A stretch of DNA of 58,508 bases, counting the filler, from Candidatus Woesearchaeota archaeon (GTDB taxonomy: Archaea; Nanobdellota; Nanobdellia; Woesearchaeales; GCA-2685855), in assembly GCA_002685855.1 (NCBI GenBank). It is 3 parts of 3 records of this genome, joined end to end, with 100 filler letters (N's around TTAATTAATTAA, not from the genome) between each part and the next. Parts side by side here need not be neighbours in the genome. Positions count along the whole stretch, not along the records: positions 18,613 to 42,407 come from NYYS01000051.1; positions 42,508 to 58,508 come from NYYS01000053.1; 1 more part is not named here. One strand, 5' to 3'. The first letter of the stretch is position 1; each line of letters begins with the position of its first letter. A program made the position numbers and the translations under genes. Below the pieces are notes generated by a model that did no database searches, was not told the origin of the DNA, and worked only from the letters and a program-made list of their open reading frames with translations. This document shows positions 40,301 to 48,675 of this stretch, one piece after another.

Positions 40301-40757
40301 CAATCGACTCAACATCCATCTTTCCCGACTCCCCACTCCCACTAAACTGAAAATTCTCCTCATTAAACGCAATATCCGCATCCACAATATTCCCTGTTAT
40401 CGTATTATACGTTATCGTGGTAACCGCAATCGTCCCAGCACTCCCACTCCAGCTCTCAGTAAAATAGATAATATTACTTCCATCATTCCCCGTAGTCGCA
40501 TTCGACGTATTCCCTAAAAACGTAATCGTAATATTCGCAGTACTCACATTCTTCCACCGATCAAACCCTGCCTGAATCGTCCGATTCACCTCACTACTAT
40601 TAAGATCTCCACTCCCATCCATATTCAACCAAAACGTCACAGGCCACGTCGGCCACTTCCAATGCGTATTCCTATTATCAAGATTAATCAAAACATACCC
40701 AGACAACGAAGGAGCAACCAGAACAAGAACAACCAAAAGTACAACCACCCTCCTCAT
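37308..40757 (-). CDS. Large cell-surface protein: matrixin (M10 metzincin) protease, Ig-like repeats, Ca-binding DxDxD repeats, Ser/Gly linker, PGF-pre-PGF-like domain, C-terminal TM
   Basis: Signal peptide; HEIGHFLALDH zinc motif and Met-turn TMYP; DTDGDGNPD; many N-x-S/T sequons; start moved to MRRVV. Confidence 0.88.
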   Translation of the reverse strand: MRRVVVLLVVLVLVAPSLSGYVLINLDNRNTHWKWPTWPVTFWLNMDGSGDLNSSEVNRTIQAGFDRWKNVSTANITITFLGNTSNATTGNDGSNIIYFTESWSGSAGTIAVTTITYNTITGNIVDADIAFNEENFQFSGSGESGKMDVESIGTHEIGHFLALDHSNLGVTAPWGRGSTSVPTMYPFGSTGQVHLRTLEHDDLAGISALKPNSSFSTLGTILGKVKRNVTDGILGGSVILFNGTTPVVGTLSEADAFTNGSYNMTGIPPGNYTVGVTPLSGNGVSNSNLNDWSDLETDFSKEYHVSFRERLYAKVLEIGGNLTENVDFVQGFTDDNNSAPSVVLVGPANGSSPEVPLNLTFNVTDDLQSVIDCNVSVNDTVVNVSATVNATNNVTLYNLSLSSYNWNVSCLDYSENRTSTGSASFTALNTSVSVVANHPQNNSNSSVNLTEFNYSLSGSYNATCGLYVNGVFFINRSHGVNATFTYSVNLTRRVNNWSVNCSDTNGNESGSGVMFFVYDNVSPSLTQSLPANGSVQGTSVSFVFLGTDEYATKLNCSLNLSGVDNGSVLATNSSNVTMGRTLSEGSYNWSVECKDSVNNSNRSDSYSFTVDGSGPDISHNLLANMTSSNLSILLQVNTTENGSIIYDVNSEGNSTACTVCNTTSFRINLKRLGNHSVYMYANDTYNNMNTTNRNFTLMLDTDGDGNPDVNETDADNDSILDTVDKIIGSSFNVNGPGSVGVRINGSTNVSQNFSGLQSVNITSGGVTVVDVPINFSASDNYSLKLGQLFISNASNSTHGSVLVSGLELQSGRSKSVLVTKVGTQNGVCVADRENITNLSNISSGCSETNETQVVCNGTAQSGYTCTNDSLFSNFYRVSGLLHSGLLQFSVSTSSSTSSSSSSSSSSSSSSSSSSSSGGGSSGGGGGLGSSSTSSTGGGTVVEYELVEIEDEINFSVELNASIHGVDRVGFEFSEKVSSSVLVKKVNDFPYRSKSVIPGESYVLFQILPDSEVVDSLKLVTIGFGVEKSWLDSQGLGEKDIVLYLWDAEEKVWKATSTSPVSSGDVVVYEAVSSEVGVFSVVGVVPVVVETPTDDVYETVSFDEGVEEVVESGFNYWLLVLAVVVLLGIAVFGWWEGKTHSPPDEERPKF

Positions 40758-41296
40758 CCACACACCACCTTCCAAACAACCTCTTCAATAAAACCTCTAT
40801 CCTTCTTTGCACAATACACTTTCATCTGCAACAGATCATACTCCACCTCAATCCCCTCATAAGCCAACAACCCTCCCTCAAGCTGTTGCACCGCCATTCG
40901 AACTCCAGTAACATCATCAACAACAAAATGCCCCTGACTAAAGCCAGTCACCCACTGCCTCTGCTCAGCCTCCTCAAGAAACAGCAACGCCTCCTCCCCC
41001 AACTCAAAATGAGGACTCCCCGGCACATACTGCCCCAGATGCGAATCCTCATCAATCCCCCCAAAACTCACAAACCTAGTAGAAGCAGAACTCCCAAACA
41101 GCACCTCATCAGGCACAAAAAGATACTGGGTCATCAACCGCCCCTCCTCCCAAAAACTATCCTTCCCAACAACCCTTCCTTCCAAGATCTGATCCGAACG
41201 ACCTATAAGCTCATTCAGATCCTGTTCAACAACAAGCGTACCACTCACTACAGGAACTAACAACAATACAACAAACAAAAGATATCCTTTCCCCAT
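40754..41296 (-). CDS. Secreted TIMP/NTR-like or protease prodomain-like protein
   Basis: Signal peptide; LNELIGRSDQILEGRV...GG...VPGSPHFELGEEALLFL pattern; ATGA overlap with matrixin gene. Confidence 0.6.
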   Translation of the reverse strand: MGKGYLLFVVLLLVPVVSGTLVVEQDLNELIGRSDQILEGRVVGKDSFWEEGRLMTQYLFVPDEVLFGSSASTRFVSFGGIDEDSHLGQYVPGSPHFELGEEALLFLEEAEQRQWVTGFSQGHFVVDDVTGVRMAVQQLEGGLLAYEGIEVEYDLLQMKVYCAKKDRGFIEEVVWKVVCG

Positions 41297-41348
41297 CTTC
41301 CCAAAACCCTTCAGAAAAACTCCTTTAAATACCTTTCTTAAAAAAAAG

Positions 41349-41450
41349 TGGGGTGGGGGAGATTCGAACTCCCGATCTCACGCTCCCCGAGCGTGAATCA
41401 TAGGTGCTCAAAAGCCCTAAAAGACTCTATCCAAGCTAGACCACCACCCC
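41349..41450 (-). tRNA. tRNA-Pro(GGG) with 27-nt intron at 19/20 (intron 41404-41430)
   Basis: Acceptor GGGGTGG/CCACCCC-A; anticodon arm CACGC-TCGGGGA-GCGTG; T-arm GGGAG-TTCGAAT-CTCCC; BHB helix GCTT/GAGC. Confidence 0.85.
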
Positions 41451-41554
41451 CTTTCCCTCCGATACCCCATTCGGTTTTTATATCTTTTGGATAGATCCCA
41501 TTGCATCATACAAAACAGAAAGCCTTTTATACAAAAGAATTCAAAAAAAGTCCT

Positions 41555-41896
41555 ATGGCAGAATACATCAAGTTGGTAATAACTCGTAAATTTAAAGAAA
41601 GAGAAGCAGTTAGCGTTGTAAGTAAATTCGAGCTTGGCACAATAACTATCGGAAGAGCCTCCGACAACGATGTCAGTGCCCGACTCAGTATTATTAGTCG
41701 TAAACATGGCACAATTACCTATGAAAACAAAACACTCTCCTATGAGGACCACAGCAGAAACGGAACCGTTGTCAATGGAAAAATGAAACATAAAGAAAAA
41801 GTAAAAATATCTCAGGGTTCTACACTCTTAGTGGATTATAAAGGAGAACAGCTAAAAATCGATGTTTTAAAAGTAAAAACAGGATGGTTTGGTTGA
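41555..41896 (+). CDS. FHA domain protein
   Basis: TIGR, SRKHG, SRNGTVVNG; start moved to MAEYI. Confidence 0.88.
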   Translation: MAEYIKLVITRKFKEREAVSVVSKFELGTITIGRASDNDVSARLSIISRKHGTITYENKTLSYEDHSRNGTVVNGKMKHKEKVKISQGSTLLVDYKGEQLKIDVLKVKTGWFG

Positions 41897-42037
41897 AACG
41901 TCCAACCCTTTCTTCAGCAGTAGCCCTAAAGCATAAAAATCCCTTTCTCAAAAAATTGAACCCATTACCAACACCCCTTTCCAATAGAAAACTATATAAA
42001 TAGCCTCGGATAAGGTTCAAGTGAGGAGGGTCAACAC

Positions 42038-42407
42038 ATGAAACTGCATCATTATATTACAGTAGCACTAATCTTTCTACTAGTCCCCTCTGTCCTGGCA
42101 GCATCATTCACCGTCGAGACAGAACCCATCAAGCCAGAGATCTACATCGATGAAATCGCAGAGTTCACACTCAGCATCACAAACAACGGTGCAAACGACG
42201 CCTTTGAACAACCCTCCAGTGCCGATGTCCGTTGGATAGTAGAAACCGACCCCTTCATCGGATCAATATCGAGTGGCGAAACCAAAAAGGTCACCCTGCG
42301 ACTGATCCCCAAAAAAAGCGCCCAGCTCGGCCCCCAAAACGTACCTGTCCGAATCAAAAGTGATGTCACAGGAGAATTTATCTCCACATCGGTACTTGTC
42401 ACCATCG
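42038..42407 (+). CDS. Secreted Ig-like protein (cut by contig end)
   Basis: Signal peptide, beta-rich FTLSITNNG...GETKKVTL; GAGGAGG SD. Confidence 0.7.
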
Positions 42408-42507
42408 NNNNNNNNNNNNNNNNNNNNNNNNNNNNNNNNNNNNNNNNNNNNTTAATTAATTAANNNNNNNNNNNNNNNNNNNNNNNNNNNNNNNNNNNNN
42501 NNNNNNN
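42408..42507. other. Artificial contig-joining spacer
   Basis: N runs flanking TTAATTAATTAA, 100 bp. Confidence 0.97.
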
Positions 42508-43423
42508 CAGCCTCGTGAACTCCTACAACCCCCTTCACATAAAATCATTCTCAAACAGAATAACCGAAACCCTCCAACACACAGCACAAGCAAAAACACC
42601 CACAGACATCGAAGTGAAACTCTCCAAAACCCCCCAATTCAACATCTCATTCGACTCAGACAGACTCCCCCACGGCCCCTCAATAGAACTCAAACAAGCC
42701 AACACAACAGCAAACCCAAAAATCCCCAAAGCAGTCGAAAAAGCAGTAGCAGACACATCACTTAAATCAGCACCCGCCATCAACACCCTCTACCAAAAAG
42801 GCCTTGAAGAATCCTACCTCACCAGAATCCTCTCATCAGGATCCCTTGGTATCGGAAAAAACAGAAAATTCGTACCCACACGCTGGGCAATCACCGCAAC
42901 AGACGACACCCTGGCAAAAAACCTCCTCAAAGAAGTAAAACACTACCCTCTGGCAGACCACCTCCTCTATCGAGGAGGCGGGTGGGGCAACCACTACTAC
43001 ATCCTTTTCTTCCCAAGACTCTTCTCCTACGAACTCTTCGAAACCCTTGTAAGAACAGGCAACTACTCCACAGATTACGAAAGCTACAAAGGAAGAACAA
43101 CCTATGCAAAAGAAACAGTTGGAGGATACTACGCAGCACGCCTTCCAATTATCGATAAACTTAAAAAGATACAAAAACAAGCCTCTGTTCTTGTCTTACG
43201 CTTCATCACAGACGACTACTGGATGCCGCTTGGCGTCTGGGTATGCAGAGAAGCAACAAGAAAAACACTTGTAAACAAACCCCTCCACTTCAGCGACCCA
43301 AAACAGATGATCTCACACATTACACAGGAAATCCAAAAAAAGTTCAAAATAAACATCAATCAACACCTCAACCAAAGCAAACTCTTACAATCACTCACCC
43401 AACGCCAACTTTCCGACTATTAA
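42508..43423 (+). CDS. nreA: Nre family DNA repair protein (5'-truncated by contig end)
   Basis: VPTRWAITATDD, GGYYAARL, PLGVWVCRE; C-terminal PIP box QRQLSDY. Confidence 0.88.
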
Positions 43424-43506
43424 AAAGAGAAACCACCAACCCCCAAAACATCCAATTAAACATTGCTAACCTGAAATCAGAAAACTCAAAAACCAACAAC
43501 CAAAAA

Positions 43507-43902
43507 ATGAAAACAACATACTCATCAGGAGGAATAGTCTACTGTTGCAATAAAGTAGCAGTCGTTTCTAACAACGGAACATCCTGGACATTTCCCAAAG
43601 GCCACATAGACAAAGGAGAAGATCCCTTAACCACAGCAAAAAGAGAAATCTATGAAGAAACAGGACTGAAAGAACTTATTCTTATAAAAGATCTCGGATG
43701 CTATGAAAGATCATCTCTTTCAGAAAAAGACACTATAAAAAATATTCATATGTGCCTCTTCACCTGCAACCAAAAAAAACTCTGTCCAGTCGACCCACTC
43801 AACCCAGAAGCACGCTGGATTCCAATCAATGAAGTCACTAAACTCCTCACTCACGAAAAAGAACAGGAATTCTTTCTCAGCCAACTCCCCCTTACGCTTT
43901 AA
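43507..43902 (+). CDS. NUDIX hydrolase
   Basis: Nudix box GHIDKGEDPLTTAKREIYEETGL; start moved to MKTTYS. Confidence 0.9.
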   Translation: MKTTYSSGGIVYCCNKVAVVSNNGTSWTFPKGHIDKGEDPLTTAKREIYEETGLKELILIKDLGCYERSSLSEKDTIKNIHMCLFTCNQKKLCPVDPLNPEARWIPINEVTKLLTHEKEQEFFLSQLPLTL

Positions 43903-44212
43903 CCCTTCTCCGCACCATTCCTACCAAGAAAATTGCTGCACCATACCCCACACACAACTCAATACCAAGCGTCTGCACATCCTTTTCTAAAAAAAGAAGA
44001 AGCACATACACAAGATTCATCAAAACAAGAGCCAATAAAAACCCATACACCATACGCATCCTCGAATAATGAAACACCTCAAACAACATCCAAACCACTA
44101 AAATAAGAAAAATCAGAACAACCAGAGTATGCGTAAAAAACAAGCTCAACACACAAAAAAGAAGTAAAATAATCAGAAGCACAACCAACCTTTGAATACC
44201 TTTCCTCTTCAT
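43892..44212 (-). CDS. Hypothetical membrane protein (about 4 TM)
   Basis: Almost entirely hydrophobic. Confidence 0.65.
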   Translation of the reverse strand: MKRKGIQRLVVLLIILLLFCVLSLFFTHTLVVLIFLILVVWMLFEVFHYSRMRMVYGFLLALVLMNLVYVLLLFLEKDVQTLGIELCVGYGAAIFLVGMVRRRVKA

Positions 44213-44286
44213 AAATCCAGAAACAACTCCAGGTATTTATTCCTTACTGAGAAAAGCTTTATTAATAAGCTCACATTTACCCAACA

Positions 44287-44865
44287 ATGAAGTTTTCCAA
44301 AACAGAACTCAAAGAGCTCGCAAAAGCCTGGATCGCAATCAGCGTAGCCTTTGGAATCCTGATAAGACCCGGTTCAGTATCCGAACCCTCCTTCCTCATC
44401 TCAATTCTCCTGGCCGCCCTCACCGTTGGCCTCGGATTCTTCCTCCATGAACTCGCCCACAAATACTTTGCCCAGAAATACAAATGCTTTGCAGAATTTC
44501 GTGCCCACGACGGAATGCTAGTCCTAGCAATCCTCATGAGCTTCTTCGGATTCATCTTTGCAGCCCCTGGCGCAGTAATCATCAGCGGCTACGTAGACAA
44601 AAAAAGAAATGGCATCATCTCAGTAGCAGGCCCCATCACCAACCTCGTATTAGCCATCATCTTCGCACTTCTTCTTCCTATCCTTGGATCAATAGCATAC
44701 TACGGATTCCTCATCAACGCCTGGCTCGGCCTCTTCAACATGATTCCCCTAGGAAACTTTGATGGAACCAAGGTCCTTGCCTGGAACAAAGGAGTCTACG
44801 CCATCACCCTAATCATAGCTCTATTCCTTGTCTTCTTCAGCAGCCTCCTCGGCATAAGCCTCTGA
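44287..44865 (+). CDS. M50 family membrane metalloprotease
   Basis: HELAH, AAPGAV, AGP, FNMIPLGNFDG. Confidence 0.9.
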   Translation: MKFSKTELKELAKAWIAISVAFGILIRPGSVSEPSFLISILLAALTVGLGFFLHELAHKYFAQKYKCFAEFRAHDGMLVLAILMSFFGFIFAAPGAVIISGYVDKKRNGIISVAGPITNLVLAIIFALLLPILGSIAYYGFLINAWLGLFNMIPLGNFDGTKVLAWNKGVYAITLIIALFLVFFSSLLGISL

Positions 44866-44903
44866 TCACTACTTTTTTAAAGCCCCTCATTCTTCTTTGC
44901 CCT

Positions 44904-45056
44904 ATGAAATGCGATCTCTGCAAACAAAAAGTCGAAGAAACCTTCCTCAAGAAGATGTTTGGAACCTATGTAAAAATAGGAAAAAAACAGAAGCTCATCT
45001 GCAGCAGATGCCAATCCCAGAAACCTATGGAAGAGATCAGGAAACAAATCTCATAA
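44904..45056 (+). CDS. 50-aa zinc-finger microprotein (absent from ORF track)
   Basis: MKCDLCKQKVEETFLKKMFGTYVK...ICSRCQ; ATG just after TATA-like TTTTTTAAA. Confidence 0.75.
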   Translation: MKCDLCKQKVEETFLKKMFGTYVKIGKKQKLICSRCQSQKPMEEIRKQIS

Positions 45057-45060
45057 ACTC

Positions 45061-45155
45061 GCCTCTGTAGCTCAGTGGCTAGAGCATCTGCCTCGTATCC
45101 ATCCACACGATGAAAAGAGAGCAGAAGGTCGGGGGTTCAAATCCCCTCAGAGGCT
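45061..45155 (+). tRNA. tRNA-Thr(CGT) with 22-nt intron at 37/38 (45098-45119)
   Basis: Acceptor GCCTCTG/CAGAGGC-T; D-arm GCTC/GAGC; anticodon stem TCTGC/GCAGA; T-loop TTCAAAT. Confidence 0.88.
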
Positions 45156-45206
45156 TTTTTCTACAAATCCATAAAACTTTTTAAACTCCTCTATCTAAAA
45201 CAACCC

Positions 45207-46379
45207 ATGAAAAAACCCTTTATCCTCCTCATTCTCCTCCTCACAGCATGCTATCAGACAATAGAACCACCTGAACCTATAGAACTACCACTAAACCTCT
45301 CAGAAGAAAACCAAACAGAAATCCCCAATCTTCTAAGCGAAGAACCTCCAGATACCTGCCCACAAAACAACTCATCATGCCAAAACAATTCACAGCCAAC
45401 CATCGAAAAAATCCCTTCAAAATATGCAGAATTCCTTATAGAAGAAGACATCAACAACACAATCTACAAAAGAACACTCGAAGTAAGTCAAGAAATAGAA
45501 ATCGAAAACAACATCGCCAGAGGATATCAGGCAACATACATCCAAAACGACATCATATCAACAATAACAGTCTGGGACTACTTCACAGAAAACAAGATAA
45601 AAGAATCCTTAGAACGAACCATGTTCCAAAATATCTATGCCCGTGATAAAGGAATAGGCGACTATCTTCTTGCAGACAGAGAAATTAGCCTCATCACCTA
45701 CCCAACAACAACAAACACAGTCTATTCCTATGAAGACCACACAGTCGAATTAAAAAACTATTATATCTGGACCAACAACAAAAAAATCATAAAAGCAGAA
45801 ACAAACAATAACGAACTCATCCTTGCATACCTGGAAAAACATCCCTCTGACTTCACTCCAATACTTGGTTGCTATGACACAGACGGAGGAGACCGCATAC
45901 TAAGTAAAGGCTTTGCAATCGAACTCAACATAAACCATAAAAGAATCGAAACCGATAGCTGCCTGGACAACTTTCAACTCTCTGAAAAACTCTGTGAAAA
46001 CAAAGAACCAATAGAACAAATCCATCTCTGCCCTGGCGAATGCGATATAGAAAAGGGGCTGTGTGTTGACGACACGATTCCACCGAGAATCACAAACCTT
46101 TATCCACAAAAAGACTCCTTTGTAAAACTCAACTACACAATAATTCAATTAGACACGCACGAAAATTCTAACTGCACCTTCAAACACAAAATCTATGTTC
46201 ATACATACTATTCATCTCCACAACCCCTGGAAATCACCGGACTCAAACATCACGAACACAATCTTTCAGATTTCAAGCAAGGGGAAATTCATTTTATTGA
46301 GATCGAATGCCTCGATCGTTTTAATAATTCAAACATTGAATCAACATCATTCACAGTAGAATTTAATATATTAACCTAA
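45207..46379 (+). CDS. Putative lipoprotein/surface protein with Cys-rich CYDTDGG module and C-terminal Ig-like domain
   Basis: Lipobox-like LLTAC; CYDTDGG...C; DTIPPRIT...CLDRFNN. Confidence 0.7.
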   Translation: MKKPFILLILLLTACYQTIEPPEPIELPLNLSEENQTEIPNLLSEEPPDTCPQNNSSCQNNSQPTIEKIPSKYAEFLIEEDINNTIYKRTLEVSQEIEIENNIARGYQATYIQNDIISTITVWDYFTENKIKESLERTMFQNIYARDKGIGDYLLADREISLITYPTTTNTVYSYEDHTVELKNYYIWTNNKKIIKAETNNNELILAYLEKHPSDFTPILGCYDTDGGDRILSKGFAIELNINHKRIETDSCLDNFQLSEKLCENKEPIEQIHLCPGECDIEKGLCVDDTIPPRITNLYPQKDSFVKLNYTIIQLDTHENSNCTFKHKIYVHTYYSSPQPLEITGLKHHEHNLSDFKQGEIHFIEIECLDRFNNSNIESTSFTVEFNILT

Positions 46380-46413
46380 ATTCTTAAACGCATACTCCTC
46401 ACTAGAAAAAATT

Positions 46414-46854
46414 CTATGCAGCAAGATCATACTCGTTCTCAACTGCATAAAGATCCTCATTCAGACGAGCACGAGAACCGGGAACAACACTATCCAAATC
46501 TCGTATCTGTGATGGTGTGATAAGACCTAACTCTCTTGCTAGATCAAGAGTGCGTAATCCACTTAAGCCAGCATCCCGTACTGTGCTTTCCTTAATCATA
46601 GCCACCATCGGACTTTCTGTATGTTCATGAGATCCACATATATGATTTCTTCCCCGATAGATCAAAGAATCGCTTTTTAATCCTCTTTGAGGAACGAGCT
46701 CAAGAGGTTTTCTATAGGCAACAGGATCAAAATTTCTCTCTCTATATCCATAATCTTCCTTACCTTTTCTAGGAATATCATTACCTGTGGGGCTGTCAAC
46801 TATATAAGACTTCAAAGGTTCATACGATTCCCTGAGACCATGAACAGGCACCAT
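46414..46854 (-). CDS. Hypothetical protein
   Basis: 146-aa ORF after TATA-like element. Confidence 0.55.
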   Translation of the reverse strand: MVPVHGLRESYEPLKSYIVDSPTGNDIPRKGKEDYGYRERNFDPVAYRKPLELVPQRGLKSDSLIYRGRNHICGSHEHTESPMVAMIKESTVRDAGLSGLRTLDLARELGLITPSQIRDLDSVVPGSRARLNEDLYAVENEYDLAA

Positions 46855-46896
46855 TCTTCACTTAAGAATAACAAATTTATTTAAAAAGCTTTCTAT

Positions 46897-47157
46897 TTAA
46901 CGTCTCGTGACCCCTCTTTTCTGATAGAGGTAACCGCTTCTTAGACGTTCTCGTCGGTCCATTTTCAAAGTATGTAAAAACGTCTGTTGTACTACTTCAG
47001 AACTCAGTTCACCATTCCATCCCATTTCTGAATTCAACGAATGATCCAAACACCTCTTTGCACTCCCATCAAGAACAGGATCTTCTAAAAGATCTCCATA
47101 TACGACTCCTGCTAAGAGAAGAATTAAGATTACACCAACAAGAAATTTAACCTTCAT
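46897..47157 (-). CDS. Small secreted hypothetical protein
   Basis: Signal-peptide-like N-terminus. Confidence 0.5.
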   Translation of the reverse strand: MKVKFLVGVILILLLAGVVYGDLLEDPVLDGSAKRCLDHSLNSEMGWNGELSSEVVQQTFLHTLKMDRRERLRSGYLYQKRGVTRR

Positions 47158-47203
47158 CTAACCTTTAGAAATCCTGCTTTTAAAAACTTTTCTTTTATCA
47201 TAT

Positions 47204-48649
47204 TCAGGTATCAATAGCTTTTTGAAAAAGTTCATCAAGTGAAGCGTTTTTCACCAAGTTAAGACAGTTTTTAATATCCGCAAGATAAATACCTCTGCGA
47301 ATACTATTATCTCGCATAGGGTGATTCTTCACAAGCTCGGCGTATTCATCAGGATAATTCAATTCAATAAGGACATTTAATGCATAACTCTTCATAGTTG
47401 AATACAATTTGAAAAGGTGATATCTTTCAGGATCTACCCCCTCAATTTCTCCTCGCGGATTAAGAAACTCATCTGTTCGAGGTACATACGGGTGGCTTGC
47501 TAGACGCGCATAATCAGTAGCAATTGGACCAATACACATCTCGCCAAAATCAACAATTTTTCCAAAGAGGGAATCATGATGATCCATCCAGCGATAATGA
47601 TCTAAAATATTTGCATCAATAATGATCTGTTGAGCATCATCACTATAAACAAACGGATTAATAAGCATACTTCCTAACTGCAATACGTCTCCAGGGGTGA
47701 TTTGCTGATGAGAGCCATTCGTTGTATTCCTCTTGATAACTAATTGTTCATAAACAGAAATGATGTTGAGATGTCTTGCAATACGTTTTGCGATTTCAGG
47801 ACTAGTATATCTATCAATAATAGCACCTCTTCTATCACCTATATCTTGTTGTCTCCAAATTTCTCTCCAACGGTTAGGATTCTCAGGGTCTCGAAGACGT
47901 TCAAATACTTCTTTATATATGTCTTCGCCCTTTCTATATATCCGGGACCTTTCCGAACGTAAAAAGTTACGTCGGGTTTCAATTTTTCTCAGATAATCTT
48001 CCCTCGATATTTGATCAAATATTTCTGAAAACGATTTAAATAATGTGAGCATTTCTTCTGTTGAATGATCGATGAGCCTGTAGTGAGACAAGGTTCGTAA
48101 CCACCCATCACTTTTACTTTTTGAAGGGAGCTTCTTTTTGCAAAGTAAGGAATGAACATTTTCAAGAATAAAATCTTCAGCAAAATAGGGTTCAAGAACA
48201 TCCTCAAGTGTAGGTCCCGGTACATATTCAGAATCCAACCGTGAAACAAAACCTCTCTTTAAGGCAAAGAACTCAGGCACTCGGTCTGGACATAAAAATC
48301 GCATAAACTGGGTTTGATACGCTTCATACTCTAGAGGATTCTTTCTTTTGATAACGCTTCCTGTGCGTTTTGAACGTGAATAATCCCTTTCATTTATTTT
48401 TGAAAAAATTAACTCTTTTTCAAAAAAGGGTTCACCCTCCTCTTGTTTGTAAATCCCTGAAACAACCACATATTGACGTCTATCAAATTCATATATCTTG
48501 TCTCCTATAAGACGTTCTCTCAGTTCAAACGTTCCATGATCCAAGATTTTGATTCTACCCGTTACAACTCGTCGTAATGTTTCTTTAGTAACCTCTCTAA
48601 GAGGTAAAAGTATATTCCTCTCTTCCGTAAGCTGATTTGTATGTTTCAA
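47204..48649 (-). CDS. Protein-kinase-like (APH/phosphotransferase-fold) protein
   Basis: IFSK, EYVPGPTL hinge, KIVDFGE.CIGPIATDYARL; TTG start with GGTGGGGG SD. Confidence 0.55.
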   Translation of the reverse strand: MKHTNQLTEERNILLPLREVTKETLRRVVTGRIKILDHGTFELRERLIGDKIYEFDRRQYVVVSGIYKQEEGEPFFEKELIFSKINERDYSRSKRTGSVIKRKNPLEYEAYQTQFMRFLCPDRVPEFFALKRGFVSRLDSEYVPGPTLEDVLEPYFAEDFILENVHSLLCKKKLPSKSKSDGWLRTLSHYRLIDHSTEEMLTLFKSFSEIFDQISREDYLRKIETRRNFLRSERSRIYRKGEDIYKEVFERLRDPENPNRWREIWRQQDIGDRRGAIIDRYTSPEIAKRIARHLNIISVYEQLVIKRNTTNGSHQQITPGDVLQLGSMLINPFVYSDDAQQIIIDANILDHYRWMDHHDSLFGKIVDFGEMCIGPIATDYARLASHPYVPRTDEFLNPRGEIEGVDPERYHLFKLYSTMKSYALNVLIELNYPDEYAELVKNHPMRDNSIRRGIYLADIKNCLNLVKNASLDELFQKAIDT

Positions 48650-48675
48650 GATGTTCCCCCACCATATATTTAATT

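Noticed and set aside
38733..40517. Long antisense ORFs (251, 223 aa) and similar ones at 29886, 34775 and 1304
   Set aside because: By-products of the strong strand skew opposite real genes; low-complexity translations with no motifs
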